Notes: generated from the sequence alone by a model not told the origin. A stretch of DNA of 64,000 nt from a virus (IMGVR_UViG_3300014205_000180:86989-150988); one strand, 5' to 3'; counted from the first letter of the stretch, positions 31,283 to 41,007 are shown. Translations and numbers: made by a program.

Positions 31283-32382
31283 TTTGTGAATGTAAAGTAA
31301 GTTACTAATCCGTCTTCTCTGCGTTCTGGTATACCAAATTTAGGAGATTTATTATATCCATGGTTTCTAGCTATCCGTATAGCTGCCTCCATGGCGTCCT
31401 TTAAAGCGCCATCATCATAAAGAACACCTACTTGATAGTGCCTTCCTGGACTATTCACAACTACTCCAGTTTCTTCAGCAGATAATATTCTAACACTTTC
31501 GATAATTATCTTAGAACCAGCATTTATAACGAACATTCCATTACTTGATTCAATTACCAAATCCTTAACCAATTTAGCTTCATATACTTTCTTAATACTT
31601 GGATTTCTTACCGGATCATCGACCAATGAATTTTTATCAGATGTCGGGTAAGTAGTCTCCCGTGGCTCTTCTGAGGTCAAAATTTCAACAATATGTTCTC
31701 TAACATCATGAGGTAAATCTTTGAGGTCTTCTATGGCATCAATATAAAATGGCTGCCAAGCTCCATCATAAAAAGGTGTTGGCTTACCAGCCTTATCTTT
31801 AGACATTTTTAAAATATTCCATACATCACTATCGGTATAATTAGATGGGAGGGTTCCAAAACCTGCCCCCTCAATAAGTTCACTATCAATACCCAATCTT
31901 GCAGCTATGACTATGGCTTTATCCCTGCCCATCGGTCCAAGATTAACTGCAAGTAATTTCAAAGCATCAATCACTGATTCATCGCGTATCGGCTTCTCTT
32001 TTGGTCCAGAGCCAATTTCTGAATCTTTAAACTGATCAGCAGGTATATGTCCTGGAATATCTACATCAGTTATTTCTGAAGTATCACTAAGATCAATTGT
32101 TTCTTTTGGCTTATATTTTTCAGCCTCAGCCCTTAATAATTCAAGATATATATCTCCGGTAGTCTTCTTGCTTTTCTCTTGAGATTGTCCAAAAGATGGA
32201 CGTAACCCACCATGTCCTTGGTTTGACTGTTGCTCTTTGTTTTTCTTTGAAGCTAAATCAAACAATTCATTAAATTTACGATTATCCCATCCATTATCCT
32301 TTAGAACTTTCTCTAATTGAGCCACAGCCTCTCTGTTTACTTCAAACGAACTTTCGAATATGAGCAATAGTTTTCTAGCCAT
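31279..32382 (-). CDS. putative internal head protein
   Basis: LIFE-S leader; carries the shared KDLVIE..G...INAGSK motif. Confidence 0.55.
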   Translation of the reverse strand: MARKLLLIFESSFEVNREAVAQLEKVLKDNGWDNRKFNELFDLASKKNKEQQSNQGHGGLRPSFGQSQEKSKKTTGDIYLELLRAEAEKYKPKETIDLSDTSEITDVDIPGHIPADQFKDSEIGSGPKEKPIRDESVIDALKLLAVNLGPMGRDKAIVIAARLGIDSELIEGAGFGTLPSNYTDSDVWNILKMSKDKAGKPTPFYDGAWQPFYIDAIEDLKDLPHDVREHIVEILTSEEPRETTYPTSDKNSLVDDPVRNPSIKKVYEAKLVKDLVIESSNGMFVINAGSKIIIESVRILSAEETGVVVNSPGRHYQVGVLYDDGALKDAMEAAIRIARNHGYNKSPKFGIPERREDGLVTYFTFTK

Positions 32383-32397
32383 ATTCTAAATTTGATA

Positions 32398-32778
32398 TCA
32401 ACAACCATCAAATAATTTCTTTGCCTCTATATACATATCATTAAGCTTTTTATTAGTCCAGCCATATTCTTTAAGCTTATCTTCAATAGCAAATCCGCCA
32501 CCAGACAACAGTTTTACTTTGTTATTGTCTTCCTTTTCCAAATTAATTCCAGTAACTGTGTCATTGTTTGATTCTAGCCATGCAATGGTTTCTTCTGAAA
32601 CATAAATTACCTTAAGTTCGCCATTAATCATGGCGAATAACGACTTGCTAACCAGAACAGCTTCAAACCCATTGCTGTATTTATCTGATTGGTCACAGAC
32701 TGTTACTTCATAGCTATCATTATCGACCAGAATTTTAATCCCAGTCTCTGCCTCTTTGGCAAAGCAGATCATAGTCAT
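32398..32778 (-). CDS. hypothetical protein
   Basis: 126-aa ORF with GGGG SD-like sequence. Confidence 0.6.
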   Translation of the reverse strand: MTMICFAKEAETGIKILVDNDSYEVTVCDQSDKYSNGFEAVLVSKSLFAMINGELKVIYVSEETIAWLESNNDTVTGINLEKEDNNKVKLLSGGGFAIEDKLKEYGWTNKKLNDMYIEAKKLFDGC

Positions 32779-32804
32779 AATACACCCCTACTAATTTATA
32801 ACAG

Positions 32805-33299
32805 TCAAGATGGTTCCATTAATATTCTAGCATCTGGTTTACAGCTATGAGTCCAACATTTATTAACATCATCATATCTAAATGAATAATCCTTTTCTCG
32901 CATCACTACATCACAATGAGGACAAGCTAGATCGAAATGATTAAGAGGTATTTTCTTAAAATATGGAATACCAGCTTCTGGTTTTTTGGCCAATAAAATG
33001 GCTGCGATATCTGAGATATGACTTTCTGCTAACATATTCTTTTTAGCTTCACGTATTACCATATATCCATGATCGGCTAAATAATCTATAACTTCATCTG
33101 ATTGACCAGATAATGCAGCCAAAATTGAGTCTTCTTCAGAAAGACATAATTTATATCCATTTTTTGAACAATATTCTTTAACTATTTTAAGCTTAATATC
33201 TTTAATATCTGAGGTAACTTGATATTTAGATTCGCATATCTGATTTATTTTAGATATTGAATTTAAGGCAAGAAGTTGTTTTAATGTGAGAAGGTCCAT
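32805..33299 (-). CDS. hypothetical protein with C-terminal Zn-ribbon
   Basis: CPHC...CWTHSC; late-type box at 33304-33311. Confidence 0.6.
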   Translation of the reverse strand: MDLLTLKQLLALNSISKINQICESKYQVTSDIKDIKLKIVKEYCSKNGYKLCLSEEDSILAALSGQSDEVIDYLADHGYMVIREAKKNMLAESHISDIAAILLAKKPEAGIPYFKKIPLNHFDLACPHCDVVMREKDYSFRYDDVNKCWTHSCKPDARILMEPS

Positions 33300-33353
33300 A
33301 TTCTATATTTACACCAAAATCTGGTGTATCACAATCTAAGGTATTTAAATAAC

Positions 33354-34007
33354 ATGCTAGGCCACGACATCTTCAAGTTCCAAAAAACAAACTTCAAAGA
33401 AGAAATATCAATTAAAGATGAAATTCCTAACGATCTTTTATTATATGAGCATCTTGATTATTTTGACCGTGATGGTTATGAGCTTACGGTTCTTGAACGC
33501 TCTATACACAATCATTTTGAAATTCCGCTTGGTTATTGTCTCAATCACATCAGCGTATGCGAAAGATGGGTACACCAAACAAATAAATGTTCAATAGTCC
33601 TCGATCATAGTTTACTATCACATCGTTATTCATATGAAGGAAAAGCCAGGACACAAATAGAAGGTTTATGTAAGAAACGGCCAGAATTAAGAAAGTTATT
33701 AGCAATTAAACCAAAATGGGGAATAGATTTCTCAGTTGATTTCATAGATGAAAATAATTGTTTTGAATTAGTTCACATAGAACATGATGCTTATAAATAT
33801 GAAGAAATTCACGCAGCGGCTGGAAAATTATCATCTTTAATAATGAATACAGATTTTAAACAGTTAGCCTTAAAAATGATAGATGAACAGGAAAAATGGT
33901 CCAAATTGAATTCTGATGACCAAAGCGACTATAAAGCTAAAGCTTTTGGCTTCAAGAGAGCTTTCAACACTCAAAAAGCAATATCTGGAAGATTAGTCTC
34001 TCAATAA
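33354..34007 (+). CDS. phage hypothetical protein
   Basis: FDRDGYELTVLE, PKWGIDFSVD; ATG at 33354 lies 4 nt after GTATTTAAA. Confidence 0.65.
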   Translation: MLGHDIFKFQKTNFKEEISIKDEIPNDLLLYEHLDYFDRDGYELTVLERSIHNHFEIPLGYCLNHISVCERWVHQTNKCSIVLDHSLLSHRYSYEGKARTQIEGLCKKRPELRKLLAIKPKWGIDFSVDFIDENNCFELVHIEHDAYKYEEIHAAAGKLSSLIMNTDFKQLALKMIDEQEKWSKLNSDDQSDYKAKAFGFKRAFNTQKAISGRLVSQ

Positions 34008-34016
34008 ATATAAGTG

Positions 34017-34733
34017 ATGAATGTTACTAAAAAATTATTATTAAGATATAAGTCATTAGGGTTAAAAGTAAACGAAAGAGAAGCTTGCGATTTTACAATT
34101 TATGATTTTGCGGCATATGGATTAGGCGATCAATGCAGACTAGTTAATTATTTGTTGATGAACAATTATAAAAATATCAAACTACAAGTAAGAAGGCCAA
34201 AATTAGTAAACGAAATGTTGTCTCTATTTGATTCTTATCCAAATAATATAATTGCGCCACTAAATTTTAAAGAGCATGGCAAACGAATAGATTTAAAACA
34301 TTATCACTTAGGAAAATATTTAAAATTCAAAAAACATTGGACTCCAAATAATAGTAAAATGATATTGACGCAGCTTAAAGGCTCCCATGCAAGATCGTGG
34401 ATGAAAAACACGCCAGAAGAAGGAATTAACAAACTAAAGTTATTCATGAATAATCTTGGATTTAGAATAGAAGAAATTAATCATGATAACAAATTACCAT
34501 TACAATATACTGTTGATATAATGAATAATTCAAGATTATTTATAGGAATTGAAAGTGGATGGTCACACATAGCTCATAGTAGCGGTATTCCATGTATAAT
34601 TATTAAAAACAATCAAATTGGGAAATTTATATATAATTATCACGTTGGTAACGAATACACAGTTTACAATAATGTAAATGAATTAATATCAAAATTCGAT
34701 ATTACTTTAAAAAGTTATAAGGATAATTTATAA
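34017..34733 (+). CDS. GT9-like glycosyltransferase
   Basis: GLGD near the N-terminus; FIGIESGWSHIAHSSGIP. Confidence 0.7.
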   Translation: MNVTKKLLLRYKSLGLKVNEREACDFTIYDFAAYGLGDQCRLVNYLLMNNYKNIKLQVRRPKLVNEMLSLFDSYPNNIIAPLNFKEHGKRIDLKHYHLGKYLKFKKHWTPNNSKMILTQLKGSHARSWMKNTPEEGINKLKLFMNNLGFRIEEINHDNKLPLQYTVDIMNNSRLFIGIESGWSHIAHSSGIPCIIIKNNQIGKFIYNYHVGNEYTVYNNVNELISKFDITLKSYKDNL

Positions 34734-35395
34734 TGGATATTGCTTTAAAATATTTAAATTCGATTAATAAGAAAATTAATAAAAATGAAAGAAACATAGA
34801 CAAATTCAAAATATTCAATGACGCATTTTTGATAAATCTAGATAATAGAATTGATAGATTAAAACATTCAATCATGCAGACAAGTAAAGTCGATATAAAA
34901 TTTAATAGGTTTAAAGCTTTATCTTTCACTGATAAAGGAAAATATTGGTCAACTGGCGTACGTGGATGTGCAGAATCACATATTAAAATAATGAAAGAAA
35001 ATATTGATAATAAATTTCCAATTTTAATAATGGAAGACGATTTAGTATTTACAAATAATTTTAATAAATTCATCGAATTCATTAAAATATTGCCGCCAAA
35101 ATGGGATTTATTATTTTTTCATAATAATTCTGGTAATAGTCTCAAAATAGAATGGCATGACAAGCCAGTGCTTGATACTCAATTTTATATAGCCAACAAC
35201 CAATCATTACAGAAGATAATTGAACTATCGAACAAAAATTGTGATCCAATAGACAGATTTTTTGTTCGTAGTAATCAAATAAAGAAATACTGTACATCAA
35301 TTAATTTAGTAATACAATCAACAAATTTAGGAACTAATATAAAAGAAAATGAAAGATACTTAGCACGTAGATCAAAAAGAAACAGAGGTTTATGA
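34733..35395 (+). CDS. GT25 (LPS biosynthesis type) glycosyltransferase
   Basis: INLDNRIDR, GCAESH, LIMEDD, WDLLF, PIDRF. Confidence 0.85.
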   Translation: MDIALKYLNSINKKINKNERNIDKFKIFNDAFLINLDNRIDRLKHSIMQTSKVDIKFNRFKALSFTDKGKYWSTGVRGCAESHIKIMKENIDNKFPILIMEDDLVFTNNFNKFIEFIKILPPKWDLLFFHNNSGNSLKIEWHDKPVLDTQFYIANNQSLQKIIELSNKNCDPIDRFFVRSNQIKKYCTSINLVIQSTNLGTNIKENERYLARRSKRNRGL

Positions 35396-36147
35396 AAATA
35401 ACTATAAATTATTTAAAAAAAATAAACCGCATCATTTCGAATGATAATAATGGTAACATCATAAAAACTAATGTATTGATTTTCATAGTAGCATTTGGAC
35501 CTGAATATCAAAAACAAGCGTTAATGCTTATCAAATCTTTAAAAATCCATGGCTTGTTTAATGGTGAAATAATATGCTTAATTGATAAATGTCATATTGA
35601 TTTAAATGTTAAAACAATAAAAGTAAATGGTATAGAACCAATGAAATTAAGAATGTATGCAGATTATTTTATTGATTTTTGTAAATATGATAAAATAATT
35701 TATCTTGATGCCGACATAATATGTGTCAATAGATTAGATAAATTATTAATTAGTGACAAATTGTTATATACAGAAGAGCAGTGGAATAATGAAGGCAACT
35801 TAACTTTTTTTAATGACAATGAAAAACATTTATTCAGAAATGGCAATGGAATTAATTCTGGAATATTTTGTATAAATAGTAATATGATAATAAAATTATT
35901 AAAATTATGGAGAGAAATACATGATCAACTGAAATTTAAAAAATTAAGCCGTTTTTTAAAATATTTTTCGGACCAAGCTGCGTTTAATTACATAATAAGA
36001 AAACAATTAATAGAAAACGAAGCACTAAATTTTGGGATAATCGATTTTCCACACAATAAAATAAAAAACAAAGATAGAATATTAATTCACTATACTTCAA
36101 ATAAAAAATTGATGGAAGATGATTATAAACGTTATAACCTTATTTGA
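35392..36147 (+). CDS. GT8-like glycosyltransferase
   Basis: YDKIIYLDADI, INSGIF, SDQAAFN, LIHY. Confidence 0.85.
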   Translation: MKITINYLKKINRIISNDNNGNIIKTNVLIFIVAFGPEYQKQALMLIKSLKIHGLFNGEIICLIDKCHIDLNVKTIKVNGIEPMKLRMYADYFIDFCKYDKIIYLDADIICVNRLDKLLISDKLLYTEEQWNNEGNLTFFNDNEKHLFRNGNGINSGIFCINSNMIIKLLKLWREIHDQLKFKKLSRFLKYFSDQAAFNYIIRKQLIENEALNFGIIDFPHNKIKNKDRILIHYTSNKKLMEDDYKRYNLI

Positions 36148-36655
36148 ATTCAATAATATCATCTTGACCAAACTTCTTTTCAACAACTCTATTATTGATT
36201 TTATATTTCACAAAAAAGAATTTTGGTACAGTTGGCGTGCTAATTGATGGATGGCCGATAACCTTCCATGCTTCATCTTTGTCAATATATGGCTTAGTCC
36301 CATTTTCAGTCTTTTCTAAGATATACTTTATTGCGTCAATTCCATTCTTACCGTTTGGAACATCATATATAGCTGAAATAATTTCAACTCCACCAAGCAA
36401 ATTCGGAGTAAGCTCTTCAATACGCTTCTTGATCGCAAGAGCGCCCTCAAGATTACCAGCCTTGGTTTCGGCATCCTGGGACTTCTTGAGTGCCACGACG
36501 AGTACCTTCTTGGCCGCTTCGTCACGCTTGTCATATTCTGCCTTGGCCTTGGCCATTTCGGCATCATACGCCTTTACAGCATTAGCGGTCGAAGCCGGAA
36601 GGGCTTCGCCAGCGAAGCAGATGGCAGAGATTGCGAGGATTAGAGCGATCTTCAT
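36140..36655 (-). CDS. secreted protein: signal peptide, coiled coil, DUF3395/SUEL-lectin-like C-terminal domain
   Basis: MKIALILAISAICFA signal; AGNLEGALAIKKRIEEL; VEIISAIY..GHP..PK...VKY. Confidence 0.6.
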   Translation of the reverse strand: MKIALILAISAICFAGEALPASTANAVKAYDAEMAKAKAEYDKRDEAAKKVLVVALKKSQDAETKAGNLEGALAIKKRIEELTPNLLGGVEIISAIYDVPNGKNGIDAIKYILEKTENGTKPYIDKDEAWKVIGHPSISTPTVPKFFFVKYKINNRVVEKKFGQDDIIEFK

Positions 36656-36702
36656 GATTATTTCCCTACTATTTTGTAACAATTCAAACCAATCTATTAA
36701 TA

Positions 36703-37656
36703 TTATGGCAGAGTAGATTCCGACGATAGGGTAGATTCTGACGATAGGGTAGATTCTGAAGATTCCGACGATGGGGTTGATTCTGAAGATGTTGATTCAG
36801 TAGATGCTGATGACGGTGATGAATCAGTAGATGCTGTCGATAACGATTCAGTAGATGCTGATGACGGTGATGAATCAGTAGATGCTGTCGATAACGATTC
36901 AGTAGATGCTGATGATGGTGATGAATCAGTAGATGCTGTCGATAACGATTCAGTAGATGCTGATGATGGTGATGAATCAGTAGACGCTGTTGATACCGAT
37001 TCAGTAGACGCTGATGATGGTGATGAATCAGTAGACGCTGTTGATATCGATTCAGTTGATTGTGATGATGGAGATGAATCAGTAGATGCTGTCGATAGCG
37101 ATTCAGTAGACGCTGATGATGGTGATGAATCAGTAGATGCTGTCGATAGCGATTCAGTAGACGCTGATGATGGTGATGAATCAGTAGATGCTGTCGATTG
37201 TGATGAATTAGATACCGATTCAGTTGAATCAGATGTTACCTCAGAAATAATAGATGAATCAGATGTTACCTCAGAAATAATAGATGAATCAGATGTTACT
37301 TCAGAAATAATAGATGAATCAGATGTTACCTCAGAAATAATTGACGAATCAGATGATAATCCTGATACATCAGATACCTCAGATGTCTCTGATGTTAATT
37401 CAGAGATAATATCTTCTGATTCATCAAGCAGTGCTGATGAAATAGCTCCTAAATTAGGATTATCACTAGTATTAGCTATCTTTAGGTAAAATCTTATAAA
37501 CTCTTCATTTTTAACTTTAATGATATTTCTATTTATGCCTAAAATAGCACATACATCACTAATTTTCATCTTAGTGGTGTTAGATAATATGGCCTTATTA
37601 TCAATCACTCTTAAAGTTATTATATCATATGTAGGCGTTTTAATTCTTATAAACAT
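36703..37656 (-). CDS. Ser/Thr-rich mucin-like repeat protein
   Basis: about two thirds of the protein is S/T/D/E repeats; late-type box 4 nt upstream of ATG. Confidence 0.75.
   Translation of the reverse strand: MFIRIKTPTYDIITLRVIDNKAILSNTTKMKISDVCAILGINRNIIKVKNEEFIRFYLKIANTSDNPNLGAISSALLDESEDIISELTSETSEVSDVSGLSSDSSIISEVTSDSSIISEVTSDSSIISEVTSDSSIISEVTSDSTESVSNSSQSTASTDSSPSSASTESLSTASTDSSPSSASTESLSTASTDSSPSSQSTESISTASTDSSPSSASTESVSTASTDSSPSSASTESLSTASTDSSPSSASTESLSTASTDSSPSSASTESLSTASTDSSPSSASTESTSSESTPSSESSESTLSSESTLSSESTLP
36790..37197 (-). repeat. 8 x 51-bp coding tandem repeat (STASTDSSPSSASTESL)
   Basis: near-identical units seen directly in DNA and protein. Confidence 0.9.
37227..37352 (-). 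repeat. 4 x 30-bp coding tandem repeat (SDSSIISEVT)
   Basis: gaatcagatgttacctcagaaataatagat repeated. Confidence 0.9.
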
Positions 37657-37717
37657 ACAGTATATTTGAGTTTAAAAAAATAATGTTTGTTCATAAAAAT
37701 ATCAAAATTAAACGAAT

Positions 37718-38326
37718 TTATTTAATATTATATTTATATATAACTGATCCAACATTGTTCTTGAATTTGCTATCGCTGTTCATATTGACAACTATTTCGC
37801 CACCTTCAACGACAGTAATAGACCATGGACTTGCTGATGTATTTGTGCCTATCCTACCAATTTCAACATTTTTACCATCCTTGCGAATACATACACTAGG
37901 AGTCGGACAGTTTAAATCAGCATTATTTTCCTTAACATCTGGATTCTTTTCCTTAGATGGTGGATATGCAGTCCAACCACCAGACACGTATTGAAAAGAT
38001 AATACCGATCCTGCTTTCACTACTCCAATTGAAACATCAGTTGAATCTTTACCATTTGTACTATTAATAGTAATAGAGGTCCAATCAGTAATAACTGGAA
38101 CAGTCCATCCAGTTGTAGTATTGCCATTGTTTCCATTATTACCATTGTTTCCATTACTGCCATCGCCATTACCATTATTACCAGCATTGCCAGTATTTCC
38201 TGTACTTCCAGTTACTCCATCACCATTATTTCCCTTACCATTATTACCAGTAGTCCCATTGCCATTTGAATCGGCTGAACTGATAATTGAAGCGATTAAC
38301 AATAGTATTACTGGAATATGTAACAT
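37718..38326 (-). CDS. secreted protein: signal peptide, G-N-N repeat linker, LecA/PA-IL-like domain
   Basis: AGSVLSFQYVSGGWTAYP and GEIVVNMNSD..FKNNVGSV recall LecA PGDVITIVAAGWASYGP and GAITLIYND..YGNNSGSF; GGAG SD. Confidence 0.6.
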   Translation of the reverse strand: MLHIPVILLLIASIISSADSNGNGTTGNNGKGNNGDGVTGSTGNTGNAGNNGNGDGSNGNNGNNGNNGNTTTGWTVPVITDWTSITINSTNGKDSTDVSIGVVKAGSVLSFQYVSGGWTAYPPSKEKNPDVKENNADLNCPTPSVCIRKDGKNVEIGRIGTNTSASPWSITVVEGGEIVVNMNSDSKFKNNVGSVIYKYNIK

Positions 38327-38378
38327 GATATATCTCCATTATTTTATAACATGTTCAATAAGTTTATTAATATAAACA

Positions 38379-38408
38379 GTTTAGCCGTGGCTATTAACCA
38401 CGGCTAAA
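38379..38408. terminator. intrinsic terminator downstream of the cold-shock gene
   Basis: TTTAGCCGTGG-loop-CCACGGCTAAA. Confidence 0.85.
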
Positions 38409-38427
38409 CGATCACACGCGAGGGGAT

Positions 38428-38877
38428 TTAGCGGGCTGAGATAGCAGTGTAGATTTCCTGGATATCGCCAGCAGAAAGAACCACATCACCTTCAACATCC
38501 CTAGCAAGGATTTCGACCAGTTTCTTAAACTGGCATTCAAGACGTTCAACACGTACCAGTGCACGCTGACCAGCATCGACAAGTGGTGTCCTGGGACCCT
38601 GACTACCACCTGCACTCCCGCCAGTATACGGCTCACGCTTGCTCAGAAGCTTGACGTGACGAGCCTTAAGCTCATTGCTTGCAGTGATTTCCAATTCCAA
38701 CTCAACCTCTTCACCAACATTGAGCGATCGGAACCCCTCAATATCAATGTCGGATTGGTGGACGAACACGTCATCATCTTCGCTTGATTCACCAGTGATC
38801 TGGATGAATCCATACCCACGCTTCGGATTGAAGCGCTTGACTGTTCCACGGACGACATCGCCATTCACGAGAGACAT
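38428..38877 (-). CDS. cold-shock domain protein with C-terminal extension
   Basis: GTVKRFNPKRGYGFI (RNP1), DVFVHQSDI (RNP2), GFRSLNVGEEV; AGGAGG SD. Confidence 0.92.
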   Translation of the reverse strand: MSLVNGDVVRGTVKRFNPKRGYGFIQITGESSEDDDVFVHQSDIDIEGFRSLNVGEEVELELEITASNELKARHVKLLSKREPYTGGSAGGSQGPRTPLVDAGQRALVRVERLECQFKKLVEILARDVEGDVVLSAGDIQEIYTAISAR

Positions 38878-38966
38878 TTTTACCTCCTGGGTGTTATAGT
38901 CTCTATTATTGCATCAGCGAAGTGCTGATACTAATTTGTAACAAGAATCCTCTGTTAGTTAATATA

Positions 38967-39206
38967 TTATTTTGGATCAGCTTCAGCCGCACCTTCAATT
39001 GGCGCAGTTGACTTATTAAAATTAACTATCATACTATTAACAGTATTGCTAATATTTGTATATGCATCGGTTCTGTCCTTCGGCATCACTCTATCAAGAG
39101 CATTCTTTAAGACAAGAATTTCATTCTTGTTTAAAAATTGAAGATTAAATAATGGTACTTTCGACTTATTATCGAGTTCGATGATATGGACATGACCATG
39201 TGCCAT
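38967..39206 (-). CDS. hypothetical protein
   Basis: AGGAG SD, operon packing. Confidence 0.6.
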   Translation of the reverse strand: MAHGHVHIIELDNKSKVPLFNLQFLNKNEILVLKNALDRVMPKDRTDAYTNISNTVNSMIVNFNKSTAPIEGAAEADPK

Positions 39207-39220
39207 GATTTTCTCCTATC

Positions 39221-39505
39221 TTAGGTACTTATTCTATCTGACTTTGCATCAATGAATCTAATTTCACCACCCAATCTAATACCTTTATCTTTAGCCAATC
39301 TCATAAATCTATTATATGTTAACACATCATATCCATATTTGCTAACTGTCTTAGTATTTCTTAATTCTTCCGCTACAGGAGAAGAATCATTTGATTTTTT
39401 GTTATTAACTTTATAATCTATAATCATGGTCAATAATTTTATAAGATCACATTCATTATGATCATCTGGAAGTTTAAAATATAAATCAATGTGAGCTATT
39501 TTCAT
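39221..39505 (-). CDS. hypothetical protein
   Basis: TAATG coupling with the upstream ORF. Confidence 0.6.
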   Translation of the reverse strand: MKIAHIDLYFKLPDDHNECDLIKLLTMIIDYKVNNKKSNDSSPVAEELRNTKTVSKYGYDVLTYNRFMRLAKDKGIRLGGEIRFIDAKSDRIST

Positions 39506-39861
39506 TAAATTTTAATAATTGCATCTAATCTTGGTTTAACACGTTTACGAACACCATCTAATTGAGAGCTAGTAAATTTAATAATAGCATTAGCAGTCAA
39601 TTGCTTTGTCAATTTACCCATACTACCGCCTTTAGCAATGATATTATCATCTATAAATTTATAGACTGCTGCATGAACATCGCGACCACCAACATCAAGT
39701 CTAATAAAACTCTTAATATTCTTAGCGTCATCTTTGATCTTTTTTATTTGAGAGAAACGAGTTATTACTGCTGTCATAGTCATAGACTTACAAAAATCAG
39801 GCGCTCTTACCTTCGTCTTCTCCAGTTTGTGGTGACGGGCTGGATTGTTGATCTTTTTCAT
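39505..39861 (-). CDS. hypothetical basic protein
   Basis: operon packing. Confidence 0.55.
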   Translation of the reverse strand: MKKINNPARHHKLEKTKVRAPDFCKSMTMTAVITRFSQIKKIKDDAKNIKSFIRLDVGGRDVHAAVYKFIDDNIIAKGGSMGKLTKQLTANAIIKFTSSQLDGVRKRVKPRLDAIIKI

Positions 39862-40255
39862 ATATTAATCCTTTTGTAGCATCATAAACATCGGTGTAAA
39901 TTTCTCTAATTTTAGTTACTGGAAGGCCATGTTTTTTAGATATCTCTTCAAGAGCCTTCTCAATATTTATAGATTTTTCTTTGATATTGTCAGTTATTTT
40001 TTGAATACTATTATTGAATAATTCAAATGCTTTTTTAGCTGCCGGATCTTCTGTTAATTCTATTGATGATTCAGGTACAGGACCATTACCTAATGGCGTT
40101 CCATCCTCATCTAAAATAATGATTATCCAATTTTTCACCCCAGCAATATAAGATTCAGAATCTTCAATAAATCCGAACTTACCAACTAATTCACTTGGTG
40201 CACCATTAATTGGACGGACAACTTTGATAAGGCTATTAATTTCAAATTTTGACAT
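39797..40255 (-). CDS. hypothetical protein (SH3/KOW-like N-terminus)
   Basis: FEINSLIKVV...VGKFGFI. Confidence 0.55.
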   Translation of the reverse strand: MSKFEINSLIKVVRPINGAPSELVGKFGFIEDSESYIAGVKNWIIIILDEDGTPLGNGPVPESSIELTEDPAAKKAFELFNNSIQKITDNIKEKSINIEKALEEISKKHGLPVTKIREIYTDVYDATKGLIYEKDQQSSPSPQTGEDEGKSA

Positions 40256-41006
40256 GTGTTATTCCTGTGGCTTCTGAGCCGATTGAGTTAATGAGGACCA
40301 AGAATGCAACTCTGGCCACTAATCCACTTTCAATATGAACTTTATTAAGACGATTTAATTCTCTATAAACTTCTTCTCTATCTTCATTTATCTTATATCC
40401 ATAATTATTTAACATTTCATTAATCTTAAATAAAATATGCTCTGGCAAGCCAGATTTTGATTGTGAAATAGTTGAACTATTAGAATAGAATTTATTAGCC
40501 CATTCTTCTATTTCTTCATCTTTTAATTTAGCTGATTCTAAATCACCGTCATAAACTGTTTCTTCGCCAATAACTTTAGTTTTTTCGTGAAATAAAAGAT
40601 GACCAGACTTGTTTTTAAATATTTTAATATCACCAGAGATTGCTTCTTTACCAATAACAAGCGCATAATTCATTCTCAAACATAAAAGATTAAATAAATC
40701 TTTATCCAATTTCAAACTATTGTTTAATAATTCTAAATATAAATCTTTGTGCGGTAATTTTCTAATCCAATCGCCAAGATGTTGATCTATAAAAGATTCA
40801 GGATTTCCACCTAATTCAAATGACCACCTATTAAGATGAACACGATAATAAACAGATAACATGAATTTCGGATAAAGTACAAAATATCTTCCACCAAGTT
40901 TATCAGCTTCCTCTTCCAATTCTTCAAAAAAAGTCTTTTTAACAGGCGGCGATTGTTGCTGCGGTAAACTAGGCTGCAGGTCAGATAATAGATCGTAATC
41001 TGACAT
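40242..41006 (-). CDS. hypothetical protein
   Basis: 254-aa ORF in the operon. Confidence 0.65.
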   Translation of the reverse strand: MSDYDLLSDLQPSLPQQQSPPVKKTFFEELEEEADKLGGRYFVLYPKFMLSVYYRVHLNRWSFELGGNPESFIDQHLGDWIRKLPHKDLYLELLNNSLKLDKDLFNLLCLRMNYALVIGKEAISGDIKIFKNKSGHLLFHEKTKVIGEETVYDGDLESAKLKDEEIEEWANKFYSNSSTISQSKSGLPEHILFKINEMLNNYGYKINEDREEVYRELNRLNKVHIESGLVARVAFLVLINSIGSEATGITHVKI

Positions 41007-41007
41007 A

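Noticed and set aside
33311-33327. Short inverted repeat ACACCA-N5-TGGTGT between divergent promoter-like boxes
   Set aside because: Only 6 bp and a single copy; too weak to call an operator
36790-37352. Regular repeats resembling a CRISPR array
   Set aside because: Units are contiguous, multiples of 3, lack unique spacers and encode an in-frame Ser/Thr repeat
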